Positions 39,412 through 47,665 of a stretch of DNA of 64,000 bases are shown piece by piece. Every line of letters begins with the position of its first letter. Within the stretch, counting starts at the first letter, position 1. Below the pieces are notes generated by a model that was not told the origin of the DNA, searched no databases, and saw only the letters and a program-made list of their open reading frames with translations. Made by a program: the position numbers and the translations under genes. The stretch is taken from NCBI GenBank assembly GCA_963778115.1, contig CAVZSV010000004.1, forward strand, positions 320,001 through 384,000. The letters run 5' to 3'. This DNA is from an uncultured delta proteobacterium. Lineage in GTDB: Bacteria; Bdellovibrionota; FAC87; UBA2466.

Positions 39412-39939
39412 ATGATGGTTAAATTCGCTCTGCTGCTCATACTGGTAATCGGCCAATTTGCTCAAGCTATCGTCGTTCCCTTCCCCATCGGCCCGAAAGG
39501 ACCGCATGGTGGAGATCTGATTCGAGCAGTTCCTAAAGGGCCGCATACGGAAGATCCTGGTTACTACGAAAAACTCTATTTTGAGATCGGTACCAATGAA
39601 GGGGAACTTATCTTCCAACCCTTTTTGGTAATGCCTAAAGATCACACTCTTGTTGTTCCCGGCATCGCATCCAGGGATTTAGCTCAATACCGAGTGGACG
39701 CCAGGTTCCCACAGACCAAGCGCGATATCACTCTTAACTCTTATTTGGCAAAAGGGGCCATTCGCGCTGTGTTCGGAGAAGATGAAAGGCGCCGTTTGGG
39801 AATGAAAATGGATGACCCTTTTATTGCTACCGTTACGGTAGTCCACGAAAAGATGTCAAAAGAAGCAGTCTTTAACGTCATTCCAGGGGAAGAGCCTCCG
39901 GCTGCGAGTCCGGCTCCTCAAGCGAAAAAACCTCGTTAG
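39412..39939 (+). CDS. Secreted hypothetical protein with GPHGG motif
   Basis: GAGGTGG SD; signal peptide; GPKGPHGG and a second PKGPH. Confidence 0.7.
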   Translation: MMVKFALLLILVIGQFAQAIVVPFPIGPKGPHGGDLIRAVPKGPHTEDPGYYEKLYFEIGTNEGELIFQPFLVMPKDHTLVVPGIASRDLAQYRVDARFPQTKRDITLNSYLAKGAIRAVFGEDERRRLGMKMDDPFIATVTVVHEKMSKEAVFNVIPGEEPPAASPAPQAKKPR

Positions 39940-40846
39940 TGGAAACCTGGCGGCCCCAGCGTTGAAAGAAAAACAAAGGAATGTCTCGACGGGGAACGGG
40001 CGGGGGATCTTCGAAAAGATTATCGACGAACCCATTTACCTCGTCCCTATTTCCTTGCCAAGGAAACCGTCCGGTCACTTCAATAAATCTCATGGTCACA
40101 TCTCGTTTTGGAGTGAACAGTCCAAGATTTCCCGCGACCACACCAGCGCCCCACGCAAAAAGCCTCCCCGTACTTTCAGGGGGACGACGTCTTCCGCTCG
40201 GACTAAACATACTACCTTCGAGTCCTTCCATTCGGACGATGACGACGCGGACTTGATCTTGCATCTTTCTTTCGCGCAGCCGTTCGATCAATTTAAACAG
40301 ACCACTTCTCCTGCCTATTCTGCCACCCACGGCAGCCGCCGGCCACTCCGCAATATTCTTGCCTGCTTCCAGGCTATCGGCAGTCTCGTCTAACTTACGC
40401 CGCGTCTGCGCTCGAAATTCTTGCCTCGCCATCTTTAGAGGATTCGGCATTCCGATCGGATCTAGTTCTTTAAGGATGATCGCGTGGGCATCTATTTCAT
40501 CCTGAAAAATCACAGGTCGCGGAAAGAAATCGTCATAGAGTTCTTCATAACTAAGGAGGGGATCCACTCCCCAGGTGGGATGAGAAATCAAAAAGAGGAT
40601 TCTCTTGTTTCCCTTGGCAAGAATCGGCCCAAATCCCGGAGTGATTTTTTCAGATCCATGCGAACTTATTTCTAACGTTTCCGTCGTTACGGGATAGCGA
40701 AAGAAACGAAGTCCGGCGGCTAATGTTTTTCCAAAGCGGATCTGCCAGCTGCACTTCGCCTGAACCGACGGAGCTTGCAAAAAGACCATTACCAACAGCG
40801 CGATTACGTGAATTCTACCCCTCATCCGACCGCTTATAACATGCAT
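39878..40846 (-). CDS. PlsC-like acyltransferase domain protein
   Basis: LFLISHPTWGVDP (H..D block), GKNIAEWPAA (FPEG-equivalent block), VVIVRMEGLEGSMFS. Confidence 0.6.
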   Translation of the reverse strand: MHVISGRMRGRIHVIALLVMVFLQAPSVQAKCSWQIRFGKTLAAGLRFFRYPVTTETLEISSHGSEKITPGFGPILAKGNKRILFLISHPTWGVDPLLSYEELYDDFFPRPVIFQDEIDAHAIILKELDPIGMPNPLKMARQEFRAQTRRKLDETADSLEAGKNIAEWPAAAVGGRIGRRSGLFKLIERLRERKMQDQVRVVIVRMEGLEGSMFSPSGRRRPPESTGRLFAWGAGVVAGNLGLFTPKRDVTMRFIEVTGRFPWQGNRDEVNGFVDNLFEDPPPVPRRDIPLFFFQRWGRQVSTNEVFSLEEPDSQPEALPLE

Positions 40847-41120
40847 AACGCATGGCGATAAAAGGAAATATGAGCGGTTTGCTCCTCGATTTTGCGATTT
40901 TTTTCATAATTGGGGGGGCTGTTCCACGGTATATTGCTTAGTGTAATAATGAGAAAGCACAAAGCTAAGACCTCAGTAATCATTAACCTTTTTTAAAATC
41001 GTCCGAGCACGGAAGTGAGACGTGGTTGCTTTGGTACGTACTATGAGAACGGAATCGATTGCGTTTGATTTATTGCGCAAACTTTTGCGGTTTTGATCTA
41101 CGGCACTCTTAAGGCCATGG

Positions 41121-41576
41121 ATGGACGGCATTGCAACTATCCGCCGAATTAAAGAGTTAGATCCGAATTTGCAGTGTGTCATCGTTACGGCCTATCAAGA
41201 CCGAAACATAGAGGAGATCGGTAAGATCTTTGGACCCGATTTTTCAGACCGCTGGGACTACCTCAGTAAGCCTTTCACTTCCGCGGAAATCACGCAAAAG
41301 GCTGTCCACTTAGTGGCGGGTTGGACGAAGCGAGAGCAGGAGAAGCGTTTACTTGAGCAGCTTGATCTAAAACAACAGCGGGAAGAATTGATCCGCGAAT
41401 TGATCAACGATGTCCTGGAAAGAGTTCAGCGTCAAATCACTCTCACCCAAGAGCAGAGCTCACCGGAAAAGATGAAACAGTGCTTGGAAACCATCTCAGT
41501 TCTTCTGGTCGAGGCCGAGCAACTCGTTCATGAAATTCTCGAACAGGCGCAGGCTCAGATTGAAGAAGCGGCCTAA
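41121..41576 (+). pseudogene. 5'-truncated response-regulator receiver plus coiled coil
   Basis: Begins at MDGIATIRRI..DP..VIVTAY...YLSKPF, the C-terminal half of a REC domain; acidic pocket and phospho-Asp missing; in-frame TGA nine codons upstream. Confidence 0.55.
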
Positions 41577-41749
41577 TCATTAGTTAATTTAATCATTTAT
41601 TATCAAATAGTTAGGCGTTAGCATAATTCCCTAGCCCCCTTCTGCTAAGATACTTGTTAGAGGTACGTTAGCGCATAAAAGTAGTTTCCCTCGTAGCATC
41701 TTCCTTTATTTCAGTACCCTCTTAGCGAAACTCGTACGGAGGTCTTCTC

Positions 41750-41902
41750 ATGCTTTACCGCTGGTTCATCTTAGCCCTATTGGTTTTGGTTTCGGCCTGT
41801 GCCCAACAAGACATTCCCGCTTCGTTGGGCGGAAACGGTAATGGCTCTAATGGTGTGAATGGAACGCAGTCTGCCCCCTTAGTCATGTATCGCGGCAATT
41901 AG
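41750..41902 (+). CDS. Small lipoprotein (50 aa), below the ORF-track cutoff
   Basis: MLYRWFILALLVLVSACAQQDIPASLGGNGNGSNGVNGTQSAPLVMYRGN*; GGAGG SD; LVSAC lipobox. Confidence 0.7.
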   Translation: MLYRWFILALLVLVSACAQQDIPASLGGNGNGSNGVNGTQSAPLVMYRGN

Positions 41903-42032
41903 CCTCTTCCTATCCGCTCTTAACTTCCCTCATTATTGCAGTAGCTTGAGCAATGGGTTTCGCACCATATTGCATCGAACTGCATTGTCGTGTAATAGCC
42001 CCTCTTTAATCGACGACTTCTGCTGCGGGCAA

Positions 42033-43946
42033 ATGATGGTGGATAGGCTTTTTAGGATAGCGTTTCTTCTTCTGTTCCCTTCCTTTTTGATGGCGCGCAC
42101 CGCTGCGACACCGTCGCCGGAGCAAATAGCCTACGCCGAGCGATTCGCATCCTTCGTAGTGTCCATAGAAAACGAACATGCCAGCGAATTCTATGGCAGC
42201 GGTTGGATTACCCACGTCGATCATCAGAGAGCTTTTGTCGTCTTTCCCTTTCACATCCTTCCCAAAACGCTTGCCGGCATCGCTAAATTAAAAGCTACAA
42301 CGTTTCTGGCAGGTTCCCAGCCGATCCCCTTTCAATGGATAAACGCAGCCCCGGGATACGATCTTGCCATGGGAAGTTTTTCGATCGCCCTGCTATCGGC
42401 CAAGCAAAGAGAGACCCTTTCCGAAATACCGCAGATCTTAAGATCCCTAACGGTTGAAATCCCCAAACAAGCCTCTCAGCTTAAAACCGCTTTGGTAGGG
42501 GTTCCCGGTTATTGGTCGGACAATTCTCTGCCTAGGATCGCCTTTGTCGGAGGGAACAATCACAATGGCTTTAAGATAACCGACTTGAATGACAGTTGGG
42601 TCATCCCCTTTAACACGGGACACATTGCCATCGCGGATTTATCTTTCTCCGATTCTAGAACGAAGCTAACCGAACATTGCCCGCAACTTTTTGTGGAAAC
42701 CTGCATCGAAGCGCAACTCGCCGAAAATGGTTTTTCGGGAGGAGCGTTTCTAGTGAAAGGCCTTTCGGATCAACAAGAGGCAACGAATCTAGCAGGCATG
42801 GTGACTCACTTTTCTCCTTTAGCGATGGCCAACTATATTATTCCTGCTGCAACCGTGATTAAAGTCGCCGAGAGATTATTTAGCCACCCTAGCTCAGAGC
42901 CTAAGTTAGAGCCTAGGCTAGAGATCGACGAGCAAGAACGAGGGGGCCTTTTTCGCTTGGTTAGGAACGATACGGTACAAATACTCAAAGGGAGCTTGCA
43001 GGGAAAAGTGGTGACCGCAAGAGCGATGGAGTTAGCCCCGGGGGGAGGAGAGAGTTCCGGCGGCGGCGGAGAGAGCTCGGGGGGAGGAGGAGAGACCTTT
43101 GGCCCTTTCCGAAGAGATATCTATGGTAACTCCTCTGGATTGATTTCGTGGAGTAAACTTCAAAGCGCCATTCGTCATCCGGACCTTTGGAGTTCTCAAA
43201 GTAACGCCTTTCATCCGGTACTTACCAATATCTCTTTCCTTAATGGAATCCATTCCGTTTTAAGCTATTACCCTGGAGTCACTCTTGAGGGTAGGCCAGT
43301 AGATCGGTGGGGAGCCGAAGGCATTACCAACCTTTCTGACTTTTTAAGACGCTACCGAAAAACCCAAGTTTTTTTCGCCCCGCAGTCATCTTCGCCTCTC
43401 CCACTTCCCGAGCTCTTAGTGGCCCCTCAGGAGAATAATTTCGGGTTAACCACCGAGGTTTTATTGCACACGCTCGTCAGCCATAAACAGATGGTGGAAC
43501 TAGCCAAGCGAAGTCCCAATGAAGTCACTCTATCTGAAGCGGAACTCAAACTACTTCCCTTAGCTACTCCACAGGCGGATGTATTAGTGGCACGATCTGT
43601 TGACCAAAGTGGCATTTGTATTTCGGCTCACAAACTTGAAAAAATTCAAAACAGAATCTCTGTCACTTTCCAAACGTGCTCGAATAAGCATTCGTCTAAA
43701 CCGTTTCAATTTTTTCTTCCAGATCATATCGAAGAGTTGGGAGCCACGACACTACGTTTCATAGGCCTCATTGACAGTAATACCTATGGGCTAGCGGTGC
43801 TTCAGTTTGTACCCTACGACTTAACATACGAGCTAAAAGTCATTATGGTATCTTTGCTGGATCAAAAAGAAGCAAAGGCCGAAGCCGTCTTTTCCGATCG
43901 AGGCTATCGTATCGAGACTTTCTATCTTCCCTTTCGCCTGCCCTAA
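42033..43946 (+). CDS. Secreted trypsin-like serine protease domain protein with a long C-terminal extension
   Basis: Signal peptide from ATG 42033; GSGW...PFHIL (His), YDLA (Asp), GFSGGA (Ser). Confidence 0.7.
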   Translation: MMVDRLFRIAFLLLFPSFLMARTAATPSPEQIAYAERFASFVVSIENEHASEFYGSGWITHVDHQRAFVVFPFHILPKTLAGIAKLKATTFLAGSQPIPFQWINAAPGYDLAMGSFSIALLSAKQRETLSEIPQILRSLTVEIPKQASQLKTALVGVPGYWSDNSLPRIAFVGGNNHNGFKITDLNDSWVIPFNTGHIAIADLSFSDSRTKLTEHCPQLFVETCIEAQLAENGFSGGAFLVKGLSDQQEATNLAGMVTHFSPLAMANYIIPAATVIKVAERLFSHPSSEPKLEPRLEIDEQERGGLFRLVRNDTVQILKGSLQGKVVTARAMELAPGGGESSGGGGESSGGGGETFGPFRRDIYGNSSGLISWSKLQSAIRHPDLWSSQSNAFHPVLTNISFLNGIHSVLSYYPGVTLEGRPVDRWGAEGITNLSDFLRRYRKTQVFFAPQSSSPLPLPELLVAPQENNFGLTTEVLLHTLVSHKQMVELAKRSPNEVTLSEAELKLLPLATPQADVLVARSVDQSGICISAHKLEKIQNRISVTFQTCSNKHSSKPFQFFLPDHIEELGATTLRFIGLIDSNTYGLAVLQFVPYDLTYELKVIMVSLLDQKEAKAEAVFSDRGYRIETFYLPFRLP

Positions 43947-43960
43947 GGGCAGAGAGGGGA

Positions 43961-43990
43961 CACAAGAAGGTAGGTCGTATCTTCTTGTAG
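43961..43990. repeat. REP-like palindrome copy 3
   Basis: CACAAGAAGGTAGGTCGTATCTTCTTGTAG, 14 bp after the protease stop codon. Confidence 0.75.
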
Positions 43991-44068
43991 TTAATGCATG
44001 GCAACCTGCATGTGAGCCTCTTTAAACGCGGCGAGAAAGACCTCTTTGTTTACCTCTTCGAAACTTCC

Positions 44069-44355
44069 GAGCAAACGCTTCGCGTTTGCCTATCTCATAC
44101 CCGCTAATACAAAAGGGCTCCTCTCACGAGGAGCCCTTTTGTATTAGCGGGAAACGGGATTGTCCTACGTGGCCCCAAGGGCCACTGCGGACCGCCGGTG
44201 ATCGTCCACTACCAAGACTCGAGATAATCCAAGTTGCGTGTGGACGATCCCTTCTCATCCCGGAGCAAACGCTTCGCGTTTGCCTATCTCATACCCGCTA
44301 ATACAAAAGGGCTCCTCTCACGAGGAGCCCTTTTGTATTAGCGGGAAACGGGATT
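44069..44355. repeat. tRNA-linked exact 93-bp direct repeat (44069-44161 and 44263-44355; period 194 bp)
   Basis: The two copies read identically; each contains the last 16 nt of tRNA-Gly, a 24-bp-stem hairpin and a GCAAACGC-TTC-GCGTTTGC hairpin. Confidence 0.95.
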
Positions 44356-44413
44356 CGAACCCGCGACCCTCAGCTTGGAAGGCTGATGCTCTAGCCAACT
44401 GAGCTATTCCCGC
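44340..44413 (-). tRNA. tRNA-Gly (anticodon TCC), CCA not encoded
   Basis: GCGGGAATAGCTCAGTTGGCTAGAGCATCAGCCTTCCAAGCTGAGGGTCGCGGGTTCGAATCCCGTTTCCCGCT folds as a cloverleaf. Confidence 0.97.
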
Positions 44414-44488
44414 ATAGAGGAAATCGAGCAATTGTTACTTCTACTTAATGCTCCCCCGATTGGCAACCCTTTAGAAAGAAGGCCGACG

Positions 44489-45454
44489 CTATAGCAGAGG
44501 ATCTCGAGTCTGCGCCATAAGGTCCCCTCCCACCAGCCGTTTCACTTTAAACTTACCTATGAGTGCCGGCGCCAGAAAAATTAATTCGCTGCACACCGAA
44601 AAAAACCTGACCATCAAAGCCAACCAAATCGCTTCAGGCATCGAAAATTGTGTCGCCAATAAAGTAATGAATATTCCGTCCCTCACCCCTATTCCTGACG
44701 GAACCACTACCGCGGAGGCGCCCCCTAGGGCGGCGATAAAATTACAAGCGACCAGAAATCCCAGCTTATTCCAAGCGACGGTACCGCCCAAAATACTGAG
44801 CGACCATAGATAACAGAAAGCGTCAGAGATCCAGCAGAGTCCCAAGATGGCAAAAAGCGCACCGAGCAGTAAACCCGCGTTTACCTTTTCACACTCACCT
44901 AGCTCCAAATACTTGGCGCTAAACCTTCCCAAGATCCGAAACGGCCACCCCTGTTGAATCGCCACAAACCCCAACAACGCCAGCCCGATCCCCACCATAA
45001 GATAAATTTGGGGAACAGGAAAAAGAGTGGTCGCCTGAGGGATCGAAGCGATAAAGCCTGCGAGGCAGGAAAGAAACGTCAGCATCACTAAAGCGTAAGC
45101 CGCACTCCAACGGTTTTCTTCTTCTACCGTCGACTGATGGATTCCTACAAATTGCATCACTTTGCCCGCCGGTAAATATTTTGCGGCAAGAGCTACACAG
45201 AAAGCTCCATAACCTTCCGCCCAGGATATTTTTTTTCCCACTCGATTGACGATCCTCTCCCAACACACGAATTGAGTGAGAAGGCCCAACACATGAAGCG
45301 CCAGCCCGACTACAAAAAGCAGGGGGCGGACTCTGACTCGGTTCCAATCCATTTGGACAAATAACTGGTACCCTCGATAGCCCAGATACGCGATTGCGCA
45401 AACAATAAGTACAGCGCCGATGGCTTTGCGTAGAGCGGAGTGGGTTCCCTTCAT
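44489..45454 (-). CDS. Lysylphosphatidylglycerol synthase TM-domain (flippase-like) membrane protein
   Basis: About eight TMs; AKYLPAG, PSGIGVRDG and final ALMVR motifs. Confidence 0.8.
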   Translation of the reverse strand: MKGTHSALRKAIGAVLIVCAIAYLGYRGYQLFVQMDWNRVRVRPLLFVVGLALHVLGLLTQFVCWERIVNRVGKKISWAEGYGAFCVALAAKYLPAGKVMQFVGIHQSTVEEENRWSAAYALVMLTFLSCLAGFIASIPQATTLFPVPQIYLMVGIGLALLGFVAIQQGWPFRILGRFSAKYLELGECEKVNAGLLLGALFAILGLCWISDAFCYLWSLSILGGTVAWNKLGFLVACNFIAALGGASAVVVPSGIGVRDGIFITLLATQFSMPEAIWLALMVRFFSVCSELIFLAPALIGKFKVKRLVGGDLMAQTRDPLL

Positions 45455-45598
45455 CGGGTTGAATTATAACCTAAATGTTCTTTACATACGTAGTTGCCTT
45501 TGCGCTTCGCATTTTCGATCTAGACAGAAGGGTGCCCAATTTCGGCTTTTTTCGGCTGTATTCTAAGTATACGAAAGCCTAAAAGAACCTGCTTTCCC

Positions 45599-45614
45599 TG
45601 GCACAGCCCTTGCT
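45599..45614 (+). promoter_or_regulatory. Sigma54 promoter (consensus-like)
   Basis: CTGGCACAGCCCTTGCT = TGGCAC-N5-TTGC. Confidence 0.8.
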
Positions 45615-45706
45615 CTTACCTAGTACGCGAAATCTAGCGTTTCTCTAGCGAACGCTACTGTTGTTGCGGATGCTGTGGCTAGAAGTTGTGGTTGTGGAGG
45701 CTGTGG

Positions 45707-46468
45707 ATGTTGAAGGGTCGTTGGTTACTTATTCTATTGTTGTCTTTCTCACTCGTTTACGTAGCTCCTCCTCAAAAAGAGGCTGACGCATTCATCTTCC
45801 GAGCCATTGGCGCCGCTATCCGCGGAGTTGCCATCGGAGTCGGTGCCGCGGTTCGCGGTGCTTTTCGCGCAGGCCGCTTCCTTCTTTTCGGTCGTCCTTA
45901 TTACTGGGGCTACTCGCCTTACTGGCGTTACGGTTATTACCCCCGATATATCTCTTATTATTATCCCGCTTATAGAAGTTACTATCCGATGTATGGATAT
46001 GCTGGCGCCGGTCAACTCAATCCGACCTGCTACCCGCAGACTTGCTGTGTAATGATGTGTTGTACCTTGGCTTGTCAACCTCATGGCCCCGCAAATCCAC
46101 CCGTTCACGGTCCTGTCCAGGGAGGAGGAGGAGTCGTTGCTGGTGGCGGTGGCGGATATCTCACGACAACCCGTCAACCTAACCAACCGGTACAGGCGCA
46201 ACAAACGCGCCCGAACCACCCCATAAATCCAACGCAGGATCGCAAAGCATGGTGTGCTGAACACCTGCCGACCACCGGTTGTGATACAACGCAGGTCCGT
46301 AATTCTTGTACGCTGAAGTACAACAATACGAACTATACTCAAGCGGGAAATAATGCATGTCTAGCGAAGGTGTATGCGGCTCGCGACGCTTGCTTTCTAG
46401 CCAAAGCAGATCCCGTGGCACTTCTTAAGATCCCTCAAGAGTGTACGCCTCAAGCTTATAGTTTCTAA
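45707..46468 (+). CDS. Secreted Tyr/Gly-rich, Cys-rich hypothetical protein
   Basis: GGAGG SD before ATG 45707; signal peptide; YYWGYSPYWRYGYYP tract; CCVMMCC; six-Cys C-terminal domain. Confidence 0.75.
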   Translation: MLKGRWLLILLLSFSLVYVAPPQKEADAFIFRAIGAAIRGVAIGVGAAVRGAFRAGRFLLFGRPYYWGYSPYWRYGYYPRYISYYYPAYRSYYPMYGYAGAGQLNPTCYPQTCCVMMCCTLACQPHGPANPPVHGPVQGGGGVVAGGGGGYLTTTRQPNQPVQAQQTRPNHPINPTQDRKAWCAEHLPTTGCDTTQVRNSCTLKYNNTNYTQAGNNACLAKVYAARDACFLAKADPVALLKIPQECTPQAYSF

Positions 46469-46473
46469 AAAAA

Positions 46474-46502
46474 ACGGGGACGTCGTAGCACGACGCCCCC
46501 GT
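46474..46502. terminator. Intrinsic terminator between convergent genes
   Basis: ACGGGGACGTCGT-AGC-ACGACGCCCCCGT stem preceded by an A-run (U-tract on the minus strand). Confidence 0.7.
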
Positions 46503-46522
46503 CTCGTTTTCAAAAAGCCCTA

Positions 46523-47665
46523 CTAATATTTCGCGGCGTAGCTACTTTGCCACACTTTATCGAAGATATTGGAAAGTAACGTGGTCGTGTCCGTTGAATG
46601 CACGACAAAGCCCACATCGCGCGTGTGTAGGAAATAGTCTTGGCTCCAGTTCTCGGAACCCACCCACGAATCCGTATCATCCACTACGAGGTACTTGGCG
46701 TGAATGAGACGCGCATAGGGAATAGGCCCGCCGGAATATTGCGGGATGGTCACGGTTCTAACCTCGACGTTTTTCATTTTGGCTAGTGAGGTGAGATCCG
46801 CTTTTCCTTTTTTGACGTCGGAGATGTCTACCATGAGTTGGACCGTAATTCCGCGCTTGGCGGCTGCCACAAGGGCATCATTGAGAAATTTCCAAGGGGC
46901 GGATTTTTTTCCGTAAGTTTTGGTAGTGTACTCCATGACCTGGACGCGGATGGTTTTCTTGGCCGACTTCATCAGATCCAAGATCGCATCCCCCGTGTAA
47001 GTCATTCCCGATGGATTCGCCACGGCAGGTGATGCCACCACAGAAATGTCAGAGCTTCTCTCAGTAGCGTCGGCGGCCACGTCGGCCGTATTGGTCTGGG
47101 TACCTTTGGTGACAGTAACGCCCGCAGCCCAGTCTTTTTCGAAAATAGTATTTAAGCTACTGGCCATCGCGGTATCAGTGACCCTAAGTCCCACTTCGTG
47201 AATATGCTCCAATGCGCGCCAATCAAAATTTTGGCTTCCCACGAAACAGTCTTTGCCATCGACGACAAAGTATTTCGCATGTTGGATCCCGCCGTAGGAG
47301 GAGAAATCGATCGAACGAGATTCGGAGTTCACCGTACTTCCCAACTGTTTTACCGAATCGGGGTAGGTCTTTAAATACGTAGAATCGACTAAAAGACGCA
47401 CGCGAACGCCTCGAGTCGCCGCGGCTTGAATGGCAGCCAGCACTGGAGCCAAAGGCTGGCCCGCTTCATCGCTAACATAAAACTGTTCTAAATCGAGAGT
47501 AGACTGGGCCCCATTGATCATTTCGAGCCACACGGTTTGAGAATCCAAGACTCCGGGAACCGCCAGATCGGTCTCCAAAGGAACCGTCTGAACGACTTGA
47601 ATGGGCGGTAACGCCCACCCTGAATGACAAAATAGTGCCAGTAAAACTATTCCGAACCGTTTCAT
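46523..47665 (-). CDS. Secreted phospholipase D family protein (two HKD motifs)
   Basis: HAKYFVVDG...VGSQNFDWR and HAKYLVVDD...VGSENWS; signal peptide. Confidence 0.92.
   Translation of the reverse strand: MKRFGIVLLALFCHSGWALPPIQVVQTVPLETDLAVPGVLDSQTVWLEMINGAQSTLDLEQFYVSDEAGQPLAPVLAAIQAAATRGVRVRLLVDSTYLKTYPDSVKQLGSTVNSESRSIDFSSYGGIQHAKYFVVDGKDCFVGSQNFDWRALEHIHEVGLRVTDTAMASSLNTIFEKDWAAGVTVTKGTQTNTADVAADATERSSDISVVASPAVANPSGMTYTGDAILDLMKSAKKTIRVQVMEYTTKTYGKKSAPWKFLNDALVAAAKRGITVQLMVDISDVKKGKADLTSLAKMKNVEVRTVTIPQYSGGPIPYARLIHAKYLVVDDTDSWVGSENWSQDYFLHTRDVGFVVHSTDTTTLLSNIFDKVWQSSYAAKY

Noticed and set aside
43992..44092. tmRNA-like tag frame (minus strand TAG GCA AAC GCG..., ANAKRLL...VAMH*)
   Set aside because: It does not end in the typical hydrophobic-Ala-Ala tag, there is no tRNA-Ala-like acceptor domain, and the same start in the other repeat copy gives an unrelated peptide.
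44069..44355. CRISPR array interpretation of the direct repeat
   Set aside because: Only two copies, 93 bp long with a 101-bp spacer, containing tRNA sequence; no cas genes in the window.
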